This document shows positions 38,707-48,648 of a DNA stretch of 64,000 nucleotides, piece after piece. Source of the stretch: Patescibacteria group bacterium (GTDB lineage: Bacteria; Patescibacteriota; Patescibacteriia; UBA2591; JAQUPP01); the NCBI GenBank assembly GCA_028716665.1, contig JAQUPP010000001.1, positions 349,046-413,045 on the forward strand, written 5' to 3'. Each line of letters begins with the position of its first letter. Position 1 is the first letter of the stretch. The position numbers and the translations under genes were made by a program. The notes beneath the pieces were generated by a model that ran no database searches, was not told where the DNA came from, and worked only from the letters and a program-made list of their open reading frames with translations.

Positions 38707-39600
38707 TTAAGAAATTAATTTTTTATAAAAATCAGTCGCGTCACGATTAGATTTGCAAAGATACAGATGTTTGTTGTTTGCCGCAAAATCAAAAATTTTG
38801 AACCAAAAATCAAGCGTTCCTTTTGAAAAATTGCCGATATGAGTCATATAACTGTGAACGGGTAAATTTAAAAAAGATTTTTCAATCCTTAATCTAGTAA
38901 AAAAATTTTGTGGAATAATGTGGCATTCAACAAAATCAAGAAGTGATTTTTCGGGAAAAAATTTAATTTTGCGATTCATTGATAAATCCAAATTGTAATC
39001 ATTGCCCGAAAGACCAAGACTGGTTCGGGGCAAAAATTCCAAATATTTTGATCCGGACCAGTGGTATTTGTATTTATCAAATGTAATTTTTTTGCAAGAA
39101 ACCAGATATTTAATATTATATTCCGAAAGAATCTTATCAGTAACTCCTTCTTCCCAAGCATGATAAGGGGGGACAAACAATTCCGGAAAATTTAATCCCC
39201 AATAATTGAAAATTTTTTTACTTTTTTCAATATGTTCTCTTTGAGTTTTTTCTGACACGGGCTTATTTTCTTCAAAATGGTAAAACTCACCAATATGGCC
39301 GTCATCTTCGTGCGTTAAACCATGATAACCTATTTCAATATATTTGCTGTTTTGTTTTAAAAAATCAATCAATTCGTCAATATATTCCAAGGGTGTTCCG
39401 GCGCCGGAAACATTTTCTTTGTCTAAATATCTCATTGTAAAACAAACAGGGATTTTAATATCAAATTTTTTGGCAATTTTTAAGATATTAACATACGCCT
39501 CCATTGTTATTTTTCCTTCTTTTTTTTCTGGGAAAAGATAATCAAATCCGCCATCATCAACGATCAAGAAAAATGGATATTTTTTGAGATTATTTTTCAT
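38707..39600 (-). CDS. Polysaccharide deacetylase-like (CE4 / DUF2334-type) protein.
   Basis: LIVDDGG (Asp-Asp metal motif) and IGYHGLTHEDDGH (His-His motif), both characteristic of the NodB/CE4 fold. Confidence 0.45.
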   Translation of the reverse strand: MKNNLKKYPFFLIVDDGGFDYLFPEKKEGKITMEAYVNILKIAKKFDIKIPVCFTMRYLDKENVSGAGTPLEYIDELIDFLKQNSKYIEIGYHGLTHEDDGHIGEFYHFEENKPVSEKTQREHIEKSKKIFNYWGLNFPELFVPPYHAWEEGVTDKILSEYNIKYLVSCKKITFDKYKYHWSGSKYLEFLPRTSLGLSGNDYNLDLSMNRKIKFFPEKSLLDFVECHIIPQNFFTRLRIEKSFLNLPVHSYMTHIGNFSKGTLDFWFKIFDFAANNKHLYLCKSNRDATDFYKKLIS

Positions 39601-40929
39601 TTATTTTGAAAAATTAAAATATTTATTCTTAATTAAAATAATCAGATTTTGATATAATTTTATATCAGCTTTTTTAAGAAACAAAAGATCTTTAATATTG
39701 TTGCCGGAAATTTTAATATAAACTACGGAGGTTATAAAAAAACTAATTGTGTAAGAAATTGAAGTGGCAGTGGCGGCTCCGATAATACCGAATTTTGGAA
39801 TCAAGATAATATTTAAAACAGTGTTTATAACAAGGGCGCTTGCCGTAATGTAAGTATTTAACATTGGCTTGCCGCGTCCAAAAAAATCATGAGCCAATAT
39901 TATTCTGCCGCTAAGCATTACCATTCCTATCAGTAATATTTGAAACGGCAAAACTGAATTGATAAATTGTTTGGAATAGAGAAGTGTTATTAACCAATGA
40001 CCAATCAAGAAAAGAAAAGCGGCTAATAAAAACATAATAAAGAGGGTATTTCGACAGACCAGAGGAGTGAATTCTTTAATTTTTTTTTCGTCTGTTTCAG
40101 ATGACACTCGCGGAAAAAGAACCGTACTGATTGAATCGGGGATCAGCCAAAGCTGTTCCGATATGCCGGTAGCGATTGAATAAAGGCCAATTGCCATCGG
40201 GTTTAAAAAAATATTAATCAAAAAAGTATCTATTCTGGACTGCCAGACGGAAAAAAGATTGCTCGAATAATTTTTTATTCCGTATAAAAAAAAGTCTTTA
40301 AAAATATCTTTATTTAATGAAAAAATCGGCCTTCCTATTTCTTTTTTGATTTGAAAAAATAAAATAATGCAAGGAACAAACCAGGAAGCTATCAGGGCTA
40401 TCATTATTGTGCCGACAGTGATACAGTGTTGCCATAGAAAAATGACCATTAAGGTCAGAAATAAAATCGGTTCTATCAAATTAATTAAATTATATTTTTT
40501 GAAATTTTGAATTCCAGAAAAAATACAAATTATATATTTTAAAAAAAACCAAGAAGGAATCAAAAATAAAACAGACAAAAGATATTCACGGGGTACATGA
40601 GGGAAAATTTTATTTCCAAAAAAGAAAATAATAATCAGCCCGATTAAAATTGTAAAAATACTAATTAAAATTGAAAATAAAATGTTTGCGCCAAAAATTT
40701 TATTTAATGAATATTTCTTTTTCCCTATATAAAAAACCGAAGATGATCCAATTCCAAAATCAGTAAAATTTATCAAAATTACTTGAAATAGAATTATCAG
40801 AGAATAAATTCCTTTTTTTTCCGGACCAAGAGTTCGAGCAACAATAACAGAAATCACTATTCCCAAAATAACATTTAAAAATCTGGCGACAAAGGTGATT
40901 AAACTGTCTTTTGTAAATTTACCAATCAT
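39601..40929 (-). CDS. Wzx-type oligosaccharide flippase (polysaccharide biosynthesis protein, MOP superfamily).
   Basis: About 12 TM helices and the typical Wzx N-terminus (FTKDSLITFVARFLNVILGIVISVIVARTLGPEKKGIYS). Confidence 0.75.
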   Translation of the reverse strand: MIGKFTKDSLITFVARFLNVILGIVISVIVARTLGPEKKGIYSLIILFQVILINFTDFGIGSSSVFYIGKKKYSLNKIFGANILFSILISIFTILIGLIIIFFFGNKIFPHVPREYLLSVLFLIPSWFFLKYIICIFSGIQNFKKYNLINLIEPILFLTLMVIFLWQHCITVGTIMIALIASWFVPCIILFFQIKKEIGRPIFSLNKDIFKDFFLYGIKNYSSNLFSVWQSRIDTFLINIFLNPMAIGLYSIATGISEQLWLIPDSISTVLFPRVSSETDEKKIKEFTPLVCRNTLFIMFLLAAFLFLIGHWLITLLYSKQFINSVLPFQILLIGMVMLSGRIILAHDFFGRGKPMLNTYITASALVINTVLNIILIPKFGIIGAATATSISYTISFFITSVVYIKISGNNIKDLLFLKKADIKLYQNLIILIKNKYFNFSK

Positions 40930-41966
40930 TTTTTGTAAACAATATTTTCTTTTTTAAATACGAAAAGCAAATAATGAAATAAAAATTTAGGCAGAAAAAA
41001 ACTGAACAGATAATCTAAAAAGGCAATGATTTTGGCGAATCCATTGCCTAAAAGATTTGAAAGGTATGCCCCGAAATAAATTCCATGAAGCCTTACAGAG
41101 AAGTCGACATTTACTTCCTTTAATATTTTTTTCAGTTCTTTTAATTCATAGAGTTTGTAAAAGAAACCGTTTTTGTAATAAGACTTACCTTCTTGTCTGA
41201 TAATTTTACGATGCCTAATTTCTGAAGCATTCCAGGTATTCATTATTCCCATGCCATTATTATTAAGAATTCTTTTAAGATCCAAAAGCATAAGTTTGGG
41301 GGCGTTAATATGTTCAAATAATTCAAGGGCAAAAATAAGATCAACAGATGATTCTTGAAATGGCAGAAATCTTACATCAGCTTTAACCAAAAATACTCTT
41401 TTTTTGTCTTCGTCGCTTAATTTTTCATATCCGTATGACATTAATTCTGGAAGAAAATCAATTGCGATAACTTGTTCGAACCCCATTTTCAATAATGCTT
41501 TAGTTACTCTTAATGTTCCACAACCTATATCCAACGCGATATTTTTATTTTTAATTTTGGAAATATATCTCATGGCGCTGATAATGTGAAGATCATTTTT
41601 ACTTTGGTGGAAAATAAGGTTGTCATATCTCTCTCCTATGTTAATACCTTCTGAGATGAATTTTTTATTGTATTCATTAATTTCCTTCAAATGTGGATCA
41701 AATAACGCCTCAAAATATTCTACAGGGGACAGACAATTGAATACTTGAGTAAACCATTCAGAAGATTTATTATTCAGAATCAATTGCTCAAATTTTTCTT
41801 TATGATTTTTATCTTGGTCATCAACTTGTACTTGAAAATCATAAATATTTTTGTTTTTTGTGAATTTTTCCCCGCAAAAAGTGCAAGAAAAGACTTCCGA
41901 ATCAAAAGTTAAGCGGTTTTTGCAAATCGGGCAACATAATAAATTTTCAATTGATAAATTTGCCAT
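40926..41966 (-). CDS. Class I SAM-dependent methyltransferase with an N-terminal zinc-ribbon.
   Basis: CCPICKN...CTFCGEKF (4-Cys ribbon) and LDIGCGTLRVTKALLKMGFEQVIAIDF (SAM motif I). Confidence 0.7.
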   Translation of the reverse strand: MANLSIENLLCCPICKNRLTFDSEVFSCTFCGEKFTKNKNIYDFQVQVDDQDKNHKEKFEQLILNNKSSEWFTQVFNCLSPVEYFEALFDPHLKEINEYNKKFISEGINIGERYDNLIFHQSKNDLHIISAMRYISKIKNKNIALDIGCGTLRVTKALLKMGFEQVIAIDFLPELMSYGYEKLSDEDKKRVFLVKADVRFLPFQESSVDLIFALELFEHINAPKLMLLDLKRILNNNGMGIMNTWNASEIRHRKIIRQEGKSYYKNGFFYKLYELKELKKILKEVNVDFSVRLHGIYFGAYLSNLLGNGFAKIIAFLDYLFSFFLPKFLFHYLLFVFKKENIVYKK

Positions 41967-43055
41967 TTATTTTAATTTATTCAATATATTTTTAACAATT
42001 TTTTTTGCAGTTCTACCGTCGCCGAAACAATTAATTTGTTTTTCTTTAGGGTTAAAGAATTTAATTGCTTTGATAATTTTTTTCTTATTATTGCCGACTA
42101 AAATATTCCAACCATATTTGCGTGTTTCTATCCATTCAATAGTATCTCTCAGGGTGATACAGGGAGTTTTGGCAAAATAAGCTTCTTTTTGAACTCCCCC
42201 GGAGTCGGTTAAAATTTTTTTTGCATTTTTTTCGAGCCAAAGCATATCCAAATAGCCCACCGGAGTTATAATTTTCAATTTGCATTTTTCAATTTTCAAT
42301 TTGAGTTTTTTTAATTGTTTCTGCGTGCGGGGGTGGATTGGAAAAATAACTTTTTCATTGCTTTCTTGAATTGCCTCAAGAATTTTTTTTAAATTTTCGG
42401 GGTTATCCACGTTTGAAGCGCGATGAATGGTTAAGAGACAATAAGCTTTTGGTTTTAAATCTAAGATTTTTAAAATTTTAGATTTTTTTTGCGCGATTTT
42501 AATATTTTTTAAGAAGACGTCATACATCAAATCTCCCGTGTTATAAACATTTTTAATGATATTCTCTTTCTTTAAATTTTTTATCGCGGTTGGAGTCGGG
42601 CAAAAAAGAATATCAGAAATATGATCGGTTAAAATGCGATTGATTTCTTCCGGCATATTCATGTCTCCGGAGCGCAGTCCCGCTTCAATATGGGCGACTG
42701 GAATGTGTAATTTTGCCGCCACAAGAGCTCCGGCCAAGGTAGCATTAACATCGCCAACCACAATTACTAAATCAGGTTTTTCTTTCAAGCAAACTTTTTC
42801 AAATTCAATCATCGTTTTGCCGGTTTGCTCGCCATGAAGACCAGCCTTAATGCCCAAATTGTAATTTGGTTTAGGGATATTTAATTCTTTAAAAAATGCA
42901 CCGGACATTTTATAATCATAATGCTGTCCGGTGTGAACAAGAATTGGCTTGATTTTCTGATATTTTTTAAATTCTTTAAACAAGGGGGCAATCTTGATAA
43001 AATTAGGCCTCGCGCCGACAACGCACAATACTTTTATTTTTTTATTTTGAGGCAT
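41967..43055 (-). CDS. Non-hydrolysing UDP-N-acetylglucosamine 2-epimerase (WecB/WbpI family).
   Basis: KVLCVVGARPNFIKIAPL, HIEAGLRS, DSGGVQKEA. Confidence 0.88.
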   Translation of the reverse strand: MPQNKKIKVLCVVGARPNFIKIAPLFKEFKKYQKIKPILVHTGQHYDYKMSGAFFKELNIPKPNYNLGIKAGLHGEQTGKTMIEFEKVCLKEKPDLVIVVGDVNATLAGALVAAKLHIPVAHIEAGLRSGDMNMPEEINRILTDHISDILFCPTPTAIKNLKKENIIKNVYNTGDLMYDVFLKNIKIAQKKSKILKILDLKPKAYCLLTIHRASNVDNPENLKKILEAIQESNEKVIFPIHPRTQKQLKKLKLKIEKCKLKIITPVGYLDMLWLEKNAKKILTDSGGVQKEAYFAKTPCITLRDTIEWIETRKYGWNILVGNNKKKIIKAIKFFNPKEKQINCFGDGRTAKKIVKNILNKLK

Positions 43056-44145
43056 AAAATTCCTTGATTTTTTGGATGATATGACTTTGTTCTTTTTGAG
43101 AAAGTTCCGGATAAATAGGCAGTGACATTACTTCTGTTGTCGCTTTTTCAGTTTGAATGAAATCGTTTTCTTTATAACCTAAATTTTTAAAAACAGGCTG
43201 GAGATGAAGCGGTACCGGATAATATATCACAGAAGGAATATTATTTTTGGTTAAATACTGTTGGAGTTCATCGCGTTTTTGCGCCCGAATGGTGTATTGA
43301 TGATAAACATGTTCGTTATTTTTGGCGAGATAGGGGACGGATATTCCTTTTATTTTCGCCAAACTCTGATTATATTTTTTTGCTTTTTGTTGGCGTCCTT
43401 TTACCCATTTATTCAGATATTTTAATTTAACTCTCAGAATTGCCGCTTGAAGAGCATCTATGCGGCTGTTGACCCCGAGAGTTTCGTGATAATATTTTTT
43501 CCTTGAACCATGCTGGCGAAGCATTTTTATTTTTTCAGCCAATTTTTCGTTATTGGTCAAGACCATTCCGGCATCGCCGTAAGCGCCGAGATTTTTTGAA
43601 GGGAAAAATGAAAGACAACCGAATTCGCCGAAGGATCCGACATTTTTTCCTTTATATTTGGCGCCAATGGCTTGAGCGCAATCCTCAATAACATAAAGTT
43701 TATGTTTTTTTGAGATTTCCATTATTTTGTCCATTTCACATGGTTGGCCGTAAAGATGAACCGGAATTATGGCTTTGGTTTTCGCGGTAATTTTTTCTTC
43801 AATTTTATCAGTATCAATATTAAAAGTTTTAGGATCAATATCAACAAAAATCGGTTTGGCGCCGCGGACAGCGATTACTTCAGCTGTGGCAAAAAAAGTG
43901 AAAGGAGTGGTAATAACTTCATCTCCAGGACCAATATCAAGAGCCATTAATGCGAGAAGGAGAGCATCTGTTCCGGAATTAACGCCAATGGCATATTGCG
44001 TTTTGCAATACGCGGCAACTTCTTTTTCCAATTCAGTCACTTCTTCACCTAAAATAAAATGAGCATTGTTTAATACTTTGCTAACAGCCTTGTTAATTTC
44101 TTTTTTAATGGATTTATATTGAGCGGTAAGATCTAAAAATTGCAT
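43042..44145 (-). CDS. DegT-family aminotransferase (third copy), WbpE-like by context.
   Basis: NSGTDALLLALMALDIGPGDEVITTPFTFFATAEVI. It is flanked by WbpD-like and WbpI-like genes. Confidence 0.85.
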   Translation of the reverse strand: MQFLDLTAQYKSIKKEINKAVSKVLNNAHFILGEEVTELEKEVAAYCKTQYAIGVNSGTDALLLALMALDIGPGDEVITTPFTFFATAEVIAVRGAKPIFVDIDPKTFNIDTDKIEEKITAKTKAIIPVHLYGQPCEMDKIMEISKKHKLYVIEDCAQAIGAKYKGKNVGSFGEFGCLSFFPSKNLGAYGDAGMVLTNNEKLAEKIKMLRQHGSRKKYYHETLGVNSRIDALQAAILRVKLKYLNKWVKGRQQKAKKYNQSLAKIKGISVPYLAKNNEHVYHQYTIRAQKRDELQQYLTKNNIPSVIYYPVPLHLQPVFKNLGYKENDFIQTEKATTEVMSLPIYPELSQKEQSHIIQKIKEFYASK

Positions 44146-44173
44146 ATAAAAATTAAATTATTAAGTTGATAAA

Positions 44174-44761
44174 TTATATTTGCTTGACTGTCTTTTTTTC
44201 TTTTAAATATTTTTTGCCGCAAATTTTACAAACGGATTTATTGTTTTTAAATTGCAACTTGTTGCCGCAATCGCAAACCCAATCATGAACAGCAGCCGGT
44301 ACACCGTAAGCCAAAGCGTAATCAGGGATATCTTTAGTAACAACCGAACCGGCACCGATAAAAGCGCTTTTGCCGATGGTGGCGCCGCAAACAATTGTGG
44401 CATTGGCGCCGATTGATGCGCCTTCTTTAACCAAAGTGGATTTCCATTTGCCGTATTCCGGATATTTTTTCTTTGGAAATTTTGCGCGCGGATTAGGATC
44501 ATTGGTGAAAACCGCCGACGGTCCGACAAAAACATAATCTTCCAAAGTAACTAAATCCCAAGCGTCAACATTGGATTCCAATTTAACGCCATTGCCCATT
44601 TTTACTTGGCCGCCGACAAAACAATTATGTCCGACCATGCAATTTTCGCCGATTTGCGCGCCGGCTAAAACCTGGCTGTTTTGCCAAATTTTTGTCCCGG
44701 AACCGATTTTTGCTCCCGGTGAAACTTCTGCTGATGAATGTGTCCAAAATTTTTTTTCCAT
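44174..44761 (-). CDS. Left-handed beta-helix (hexapeptide-repeat) sugar N-acetyltransferase (WbpD/PglD-like) with an appended C-terminal zinc-ribbon.
   Basis: Hexapeptide repeats IGENCMVGHNCFVGGQVKMGNGVKLE. The C-terminal extension is WVCDCGNKLQFKNNKSVCKICGKKY. Confidence 0.8.
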   Translation of the reverse strand: MEKKFWTHSSAEVSPGAKIGSGTKIWQNSQVLAGAQIGENCMVGHNCFVGGQVKMGNGVKLESNVDAWDLVTLEDYVFVGPSAVFTNDPNPRAKFPKKKYPEYGKWKSTLVKEGASIGANATIVCGATIGKSAFIGAGSVVTKDIPDYALAYGVPAAVHDWVCDCGNKLQFKNNKSVCKICGKKYLKEKKTVKQI

Positions 44762-44768
44762 ATTTTTT

Positions 44769-45767
44769 TTATGATAATTTAATTATTTTACCTTTTTTAT
44801 CTAAAGATTCTTGGCAAGCATTTAAGATTTTTAAAACACTTAATGCTTCTTTTCCGTCGCTTTTAGGATTTTTGCGAGTATTGATGCAATCAAGGAAATG
44901 CTGGCATTCTTGACGCAGCGGCTCAGATGGCGGCAGAGAAATTATTTCTCCTTCCGCTTTTTTCGCTTCCGGAATTTTGCCGAGCCATTCAACTTTATGA
45001 GGATAAACAACCAATTTATTTTCTGTTTGATCGTCAAAAACAGCCATTTTTTTCTCGCCGATTACGGATAATTTTTGTTCTTTAAAAGGATTAAGCCAAG
45101 AAACAAAAATATGAGCGGCTTGATTTTTATCAAATTCAAAATAACTTAAAGTGCTGTCTGCCACGTCTTTATTCAGCCAATCCATGCCATGGCTGCAAAT
45201 TTTTTTAGGCAATTTTCCCATTAAATCAATAATGACCGCGATATCATGCGGAGCAAACGACCAAAGAATATTTTCTTCAGTGCGAAGTTTGCCGAAGTTA
45301 AGACGATTGGAATGAATATAGCGGATTTTTCCCAGTTCTCCCTGTTCAATCAATTCTTTTAATTTAATCACGGCCGGATGATAAAGAAGAAGATGCCCGA
45401 CCATTAAAATGCATTTTTGTTTTTCGGCTAATTTCACCAATTCCTCGCCATGCTTGATATTCAAAGCCAAAGGTTTTTCGACAAAAACATCCTTGCCGGC
45501 CAGAAGAAATTTTTTAACCACTTGATAATGGGTGGCGGCCGGCGTGGCAATGACCACGCCTTTGATATTTTTATCAAGCGCCACGTCTTCAAATTTTTGC
45601 GTAGTATTAATTTCCGGATAATTTTTTTTCAGAGCATCAAGCGCGTTTTGATTAAGATCACTAACGGTTTTTAAAACGCCTAACTCATAAAAATTTCTAA
45701 CTAAATTTTTACCCCAGTAACCACTGCCGATTACCGCGATATTTTTTTTTGATGATTCTATAACCAT
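44769..45767 (-). CDS. Gfo/Idh/MocA-family NAD-dependent oxidoreductase, WbpB-like (UDP-GlcNAcA 3-dehydrogenase) by context.
   Basis: N-terminal Rossmann IAVIGSGYWGKNLVRNF and the Gfo/Idh/MocA C-terminal domain. Confidence 0.75.
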   Translation of the reverse strand: MVIESSKKNIAVIGSGYWGKNLVRNFYELGVLKTVSDLNQNALDALKKNYPEINTTQKFEDVALDKNIKGVVIATPAATHYQVVKKFLLAGKDVFVEKPLALNIKHGEELVKLAEKQKCILMVGHLLLYHPAVIKLKELIEQGELGKIRYIHSNRLNFGKLRTEENILWSFAPHDIAVIIDLMGKLPKKICSHGMDWLNKDVADSTLSYFEFDKNQAAHIFVSWLNPFKEQKLSVIGEKKMAVFDDQTENKLVVYPHKVEWLGKIPEAKKAEGEIISLPPSEPLRQECQHFLDCINTRKNPKSDGKEALSVLKILNACQESLDKKGKIIKLS

Positions 45768-47056
45768 AATACATTTTTAAATTTTCTATTTTTAATAGCG
45801 TTGCGCGTGTCAACCACTAAAAGCGATTTTTTAGCCACTTCATCATAATTGAGATTAGAGTGATCGGCTAAAATTAAAACGCAATCATAATGTTTAAGAT
45901 TTTTTGGTTGATATTCAATGGATTTTAAATTTTTATTGTCAATTCTAAATTCCGGAATATATGGATCAAAATATTCCACATTGGCTCCTTTTTTCCAAAG
46001 ATCGCGAATGACATGATAAGAAGCTGACTCTCTTGGGTCGGCCACGTCTTTTTTATAAGCAACACCCCAAACTAAAACCTTGGCTCCGTTTAAAGATTTC
46101 TTATGCTGATTAAGTCCGGAAATAACTTTTGTTACGACAAAATGGGGCATTCCATCATTTATTTCACCGCCCAATTCTATAAATCTTGTATAAAACCCGT
46201 ATTCTTTGGCTTTCCAGGAAAGATAAAACGGATCAAGTGGAATGCAGTGTCCTCCGATTCCAGGTCCGGGATAAAATGGCATAAATCCGTAGGGTTTTGT
46301 TTTGGCCGCTTCAATCACTTCCCAAATATCAATACCCATTTTCCCGCATAAAAGAGCCAATTCGTTAATCATTGAAACATTGACTATTCGGAAAGTATTT
46401 TCAAGAATTTTTGTCATTTCCGCGGCTTCAGGCGAAGAAACTTTAAAAACTTTTTCCAAGAATGATCTATAAACTAAATTTGTAAGTTTGGTGCATTTAG
46501 GAGTAATACCGCCAACTACCTTGGGAACATTTCTGACGTTGAATTTTTGATTACCCGGATCAATTCGTTCCGGCGAAAAAGCCAAGAAAAAATCTTTTCC
46601 CACTTTTAAACCGGATTTTTGAAGAACAGGCAAAATAACTTCGCGTGTTGTTCCGGGATAAGTGGTGCTTTCTAAAATTATTAATTGCCCTTTTCTGATA
46701 AAACGGGCAATTTCTTTAACCGTGGATTGAATATAAGTAATGTCAGGCTGTTTGTATTTATCCAAAGGAGTGGGAACACAGATAATAATCACATCGGCAA
46801 GCTTTAGAATTTTTTTATCCGTGGTGGCTGAAAATTTTTTAGATTTAAGAACCCCTTGCAAATCAGCCGAAGAAATATCGGCGATATAAGAATGACCTTG
46901 ATTGACCAACTTAACTTTATTTTTTTGAACATCAAAACCAAAAACTCTGAATCCTTGCTCGGCTAATACCACGGCCAGCGGAAGTCCCACATAACCGAGT
47001 CCGATGATTGTAATTTTAGCTTTTTTGTTTTTAATTAATGTTTCTAAATTTTTCAT
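45758..47056 (-). CDS. UDP-N-acetyl-D-glucosamine/-mannosamine 6-dehydrogenase (WbpA/WecC family).
   Basis: ITIIGLGYVGLPLAVVLAEQGFRVFGFD (NAD binding) and the catalytic-cysteine block GGHCIPLDP. Confidence 0.85.
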   Translation of the reverse strand: MKNLETLIKNKKAKITIIGLGYVGLPLAVVLAEQGFRVFGFDVQKNKVKLVNQGHSYIADISSADLQGVLKSKKFSATTDKKILKLADVIIICVPTPLDKYKQPDITYIQSTVKEIARFIRKGQLIILESTTYPGTTREVILPVLQKSGLKVGKDFFLAFSPERIDPGNQKFNVRNVPKVVGGITPKCTKLTNLVYRSFLEKVFKVSSPEAAEMTKILENTFRIVNVSMINELALLCGKMGIDIWEVIEAAKTKPYGFMPFYPGPGIGGHCIPLDPFYLSWKAKEYGFYTRFIELGGEINDGMPHFVVTKVISGLNQHKKSLNGAKVLVWGVAYKKDVADPRESASYHVIRDLWKKGANVEYFDPYIPEFRIDNKNLKSIEYQPKNLKHYDCVLILADHSNLNYDEVAKKSLLVVDTRNAIKNRKFKNVLWL

Positions 47057-47109
47057 ATTTTTAATATTATAAATATTATGAAAGAAATTATACCATCTTT
47101 TTAGAATCA

Positions 47110-47123
47110 GACAAGGGCTTGTC
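47110..47123. promoter_or_regulatory. Dyad-symmetric element GACAAGGGCTTGTC in the divergent intergenic region between the minus-strand glycan array and the plus-strand flippase gene. It is a candidate operator.
   Basis: Perfect 6+2+6 palindrome, relatively GC-rich within an AT-rich 137-nt divergent promoter region. Confidence 0.3.
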
Positions 47124-47193
47124 CACTGTTATAAATGTGATATAGTGTTATCGTATCTATTGAATTTTTTCAGATAATTAAGAATATTTTTTT

Positions 47194-48648
47194 ATGTCTT
47201 CAACAGCCAAAAACACGTTATATCTTTTTTTTGCCAGAATTTATCAAAAATTAACCGCTTTATTTTATTATTTTTTATTAGCCAGATATTTAGGGGTGGC
47301 GGATTTTGGTAAAATTACTTTTACACTTTCCTTTGTTGCTATTTTTGCCGCTTTTATTGATTTTGGATTAAATGCTCTTTTAGCTCGCGAGACAGCCAGA
47401 GAAAAATCAAAAACCAAAATTTATTTGGGGAATATTTTGGGCATTAAATTTATTTTCAGTATTTTAATTTTTGCCGTTGTTTTTATCGTCATTAATTTGC
47501 TTCACTATCCGATAATTACCAAAAATTTAATATATTTGGGAACCATCTTTATAATTTTATGTTTATTCGCCGATACTTTATATTTCGCTTTTCGCGGTTA
47601 TTTTAATTTTAAATACGAAGCAGTCGGCATTATCATCAATCAAACAATTGTTGTTGCTGCCGGTTTGATTTTTATGAAATTAAAATTCGGATTGCTTTTG
47701 ATATTTATGCCTTATATTTTTGGCAGCTTGTTTTATTTGATTAATGCTCTTGTGCTTTTTAAAAGATGTACGGGTTTTAAATTGAAATTATTTTTTGATC
47801 AAAGTTTTATTAGAAATTTATTAAAAGTCAGTTTTCCATTTTTTATTGCCGGATTGATTGGTGTCCTATATATTAATATTGATACAGTCCTTCTCTCTCG
47901 CTTGGCTGACGATCGAGCTATGGGCTGGTATAATGCCGCCAAAAGGTTGATTTTAAGCCTTTTATTTTTAATACCCATTCCTTTGAGCGCGGCTATTTAT
48001 CCGACTCTCAGTCGTCATTTTATTTCTTCTCGTCAAGATTTTTCCCGAGTTTTTCAGGAAGCGATTTTTTATCTTTTTTTAATTCTTTGCCCGATTTTTT
48101 TAGGAACATTAATTTTAGCGCGGCCAATAATCAGTTTGCTTTACGGAAACGATTATTTGAATGCAGTCGCAGTTCTTCAAATTTTAATTTTGGCTATGCC
48201 CTTGATGTTTTTTGATAATTTGGTGATCAGCTTGCTTAATGCTTCCAATCGGCAAAAAAATAATATGATTAATCAGGGAATAGGACTTGTGTTATTAATT
48301 ATTTTTTCTTTTATTTTAATTCCTTTATTTTCTCAGCGTGGAGCAGCGATAGCTTATTTACTCAGTTATATTATTCTTTTCATTTTAGAAATTTATTGGG
48401 TTTTAAAATTGGTTAATTTCAAAGAAAAATATTTTTTCAAAAAAATGTCTAAAATTTTATTGTCCGGTCTGATAATGGCTGGCGGACTTTTAATTTTTAA
48501 GACAAGATTGAATGTGGTTTTCTCGACTTTATTGGGAATAATAATTTATGGCGCATTTATTTATTTTTTGGGAGTAATAAAAAGAGGGGACATTTTAGAA
48601 ATTAAAAATTTAATTTTTTCTAAAAATATTCCTCAAAATTTAGAATAA
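47194..48648 (+). CDS. Second Wzx-type flippase (polysaccharide biosynthesis protein family).
   Basis: About 12-14 TM helices and the N-terminal motif LYLFFARIYQKLTALFYYFLLARYLGVADFGKI. Confidence 0.7.
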   Translation: MSSTAKNTLYLFFARIYQKLTALFYYFLLARYLGVADFGKITFTLSFVAIFAAFIDFGLNALLARETAREKSKTKIYLGNILGIKFIFSILIFAVVFIVINLLHYPIITKNLIYLGTIFIILCLFADTLYFAFRGYFNFKYEAVGIIINQTIVVAAGLIFMKLKFGLLLIFMPYIFGSLFYLINALVLFKRCTGFKLKLFFDQSFIRNLLKVSFPFFIAGLIGVLYINIDTVLLSRLADDRAMGWYNAAKRLILSLLFLIPIPLSAAIYPTLSRHFISSRQDFSRVFQEAIFYLFLILCPIFLGTLILARPIISLLYGNDYLNAVAVLQILILAMPLMFFDNLVISLLNASNRQKNNMINQGIGLVLLIIFSFILIPLFSQRGAAIAYLLSYIILFILEIYWVLKLVNFKEKYFFKKMSKILLSGLIMAGGLLIFKTRLNVVFSTLLGIIIYGAFIYFLGVIKRGDILEIKNLIFSKNIPQNLE

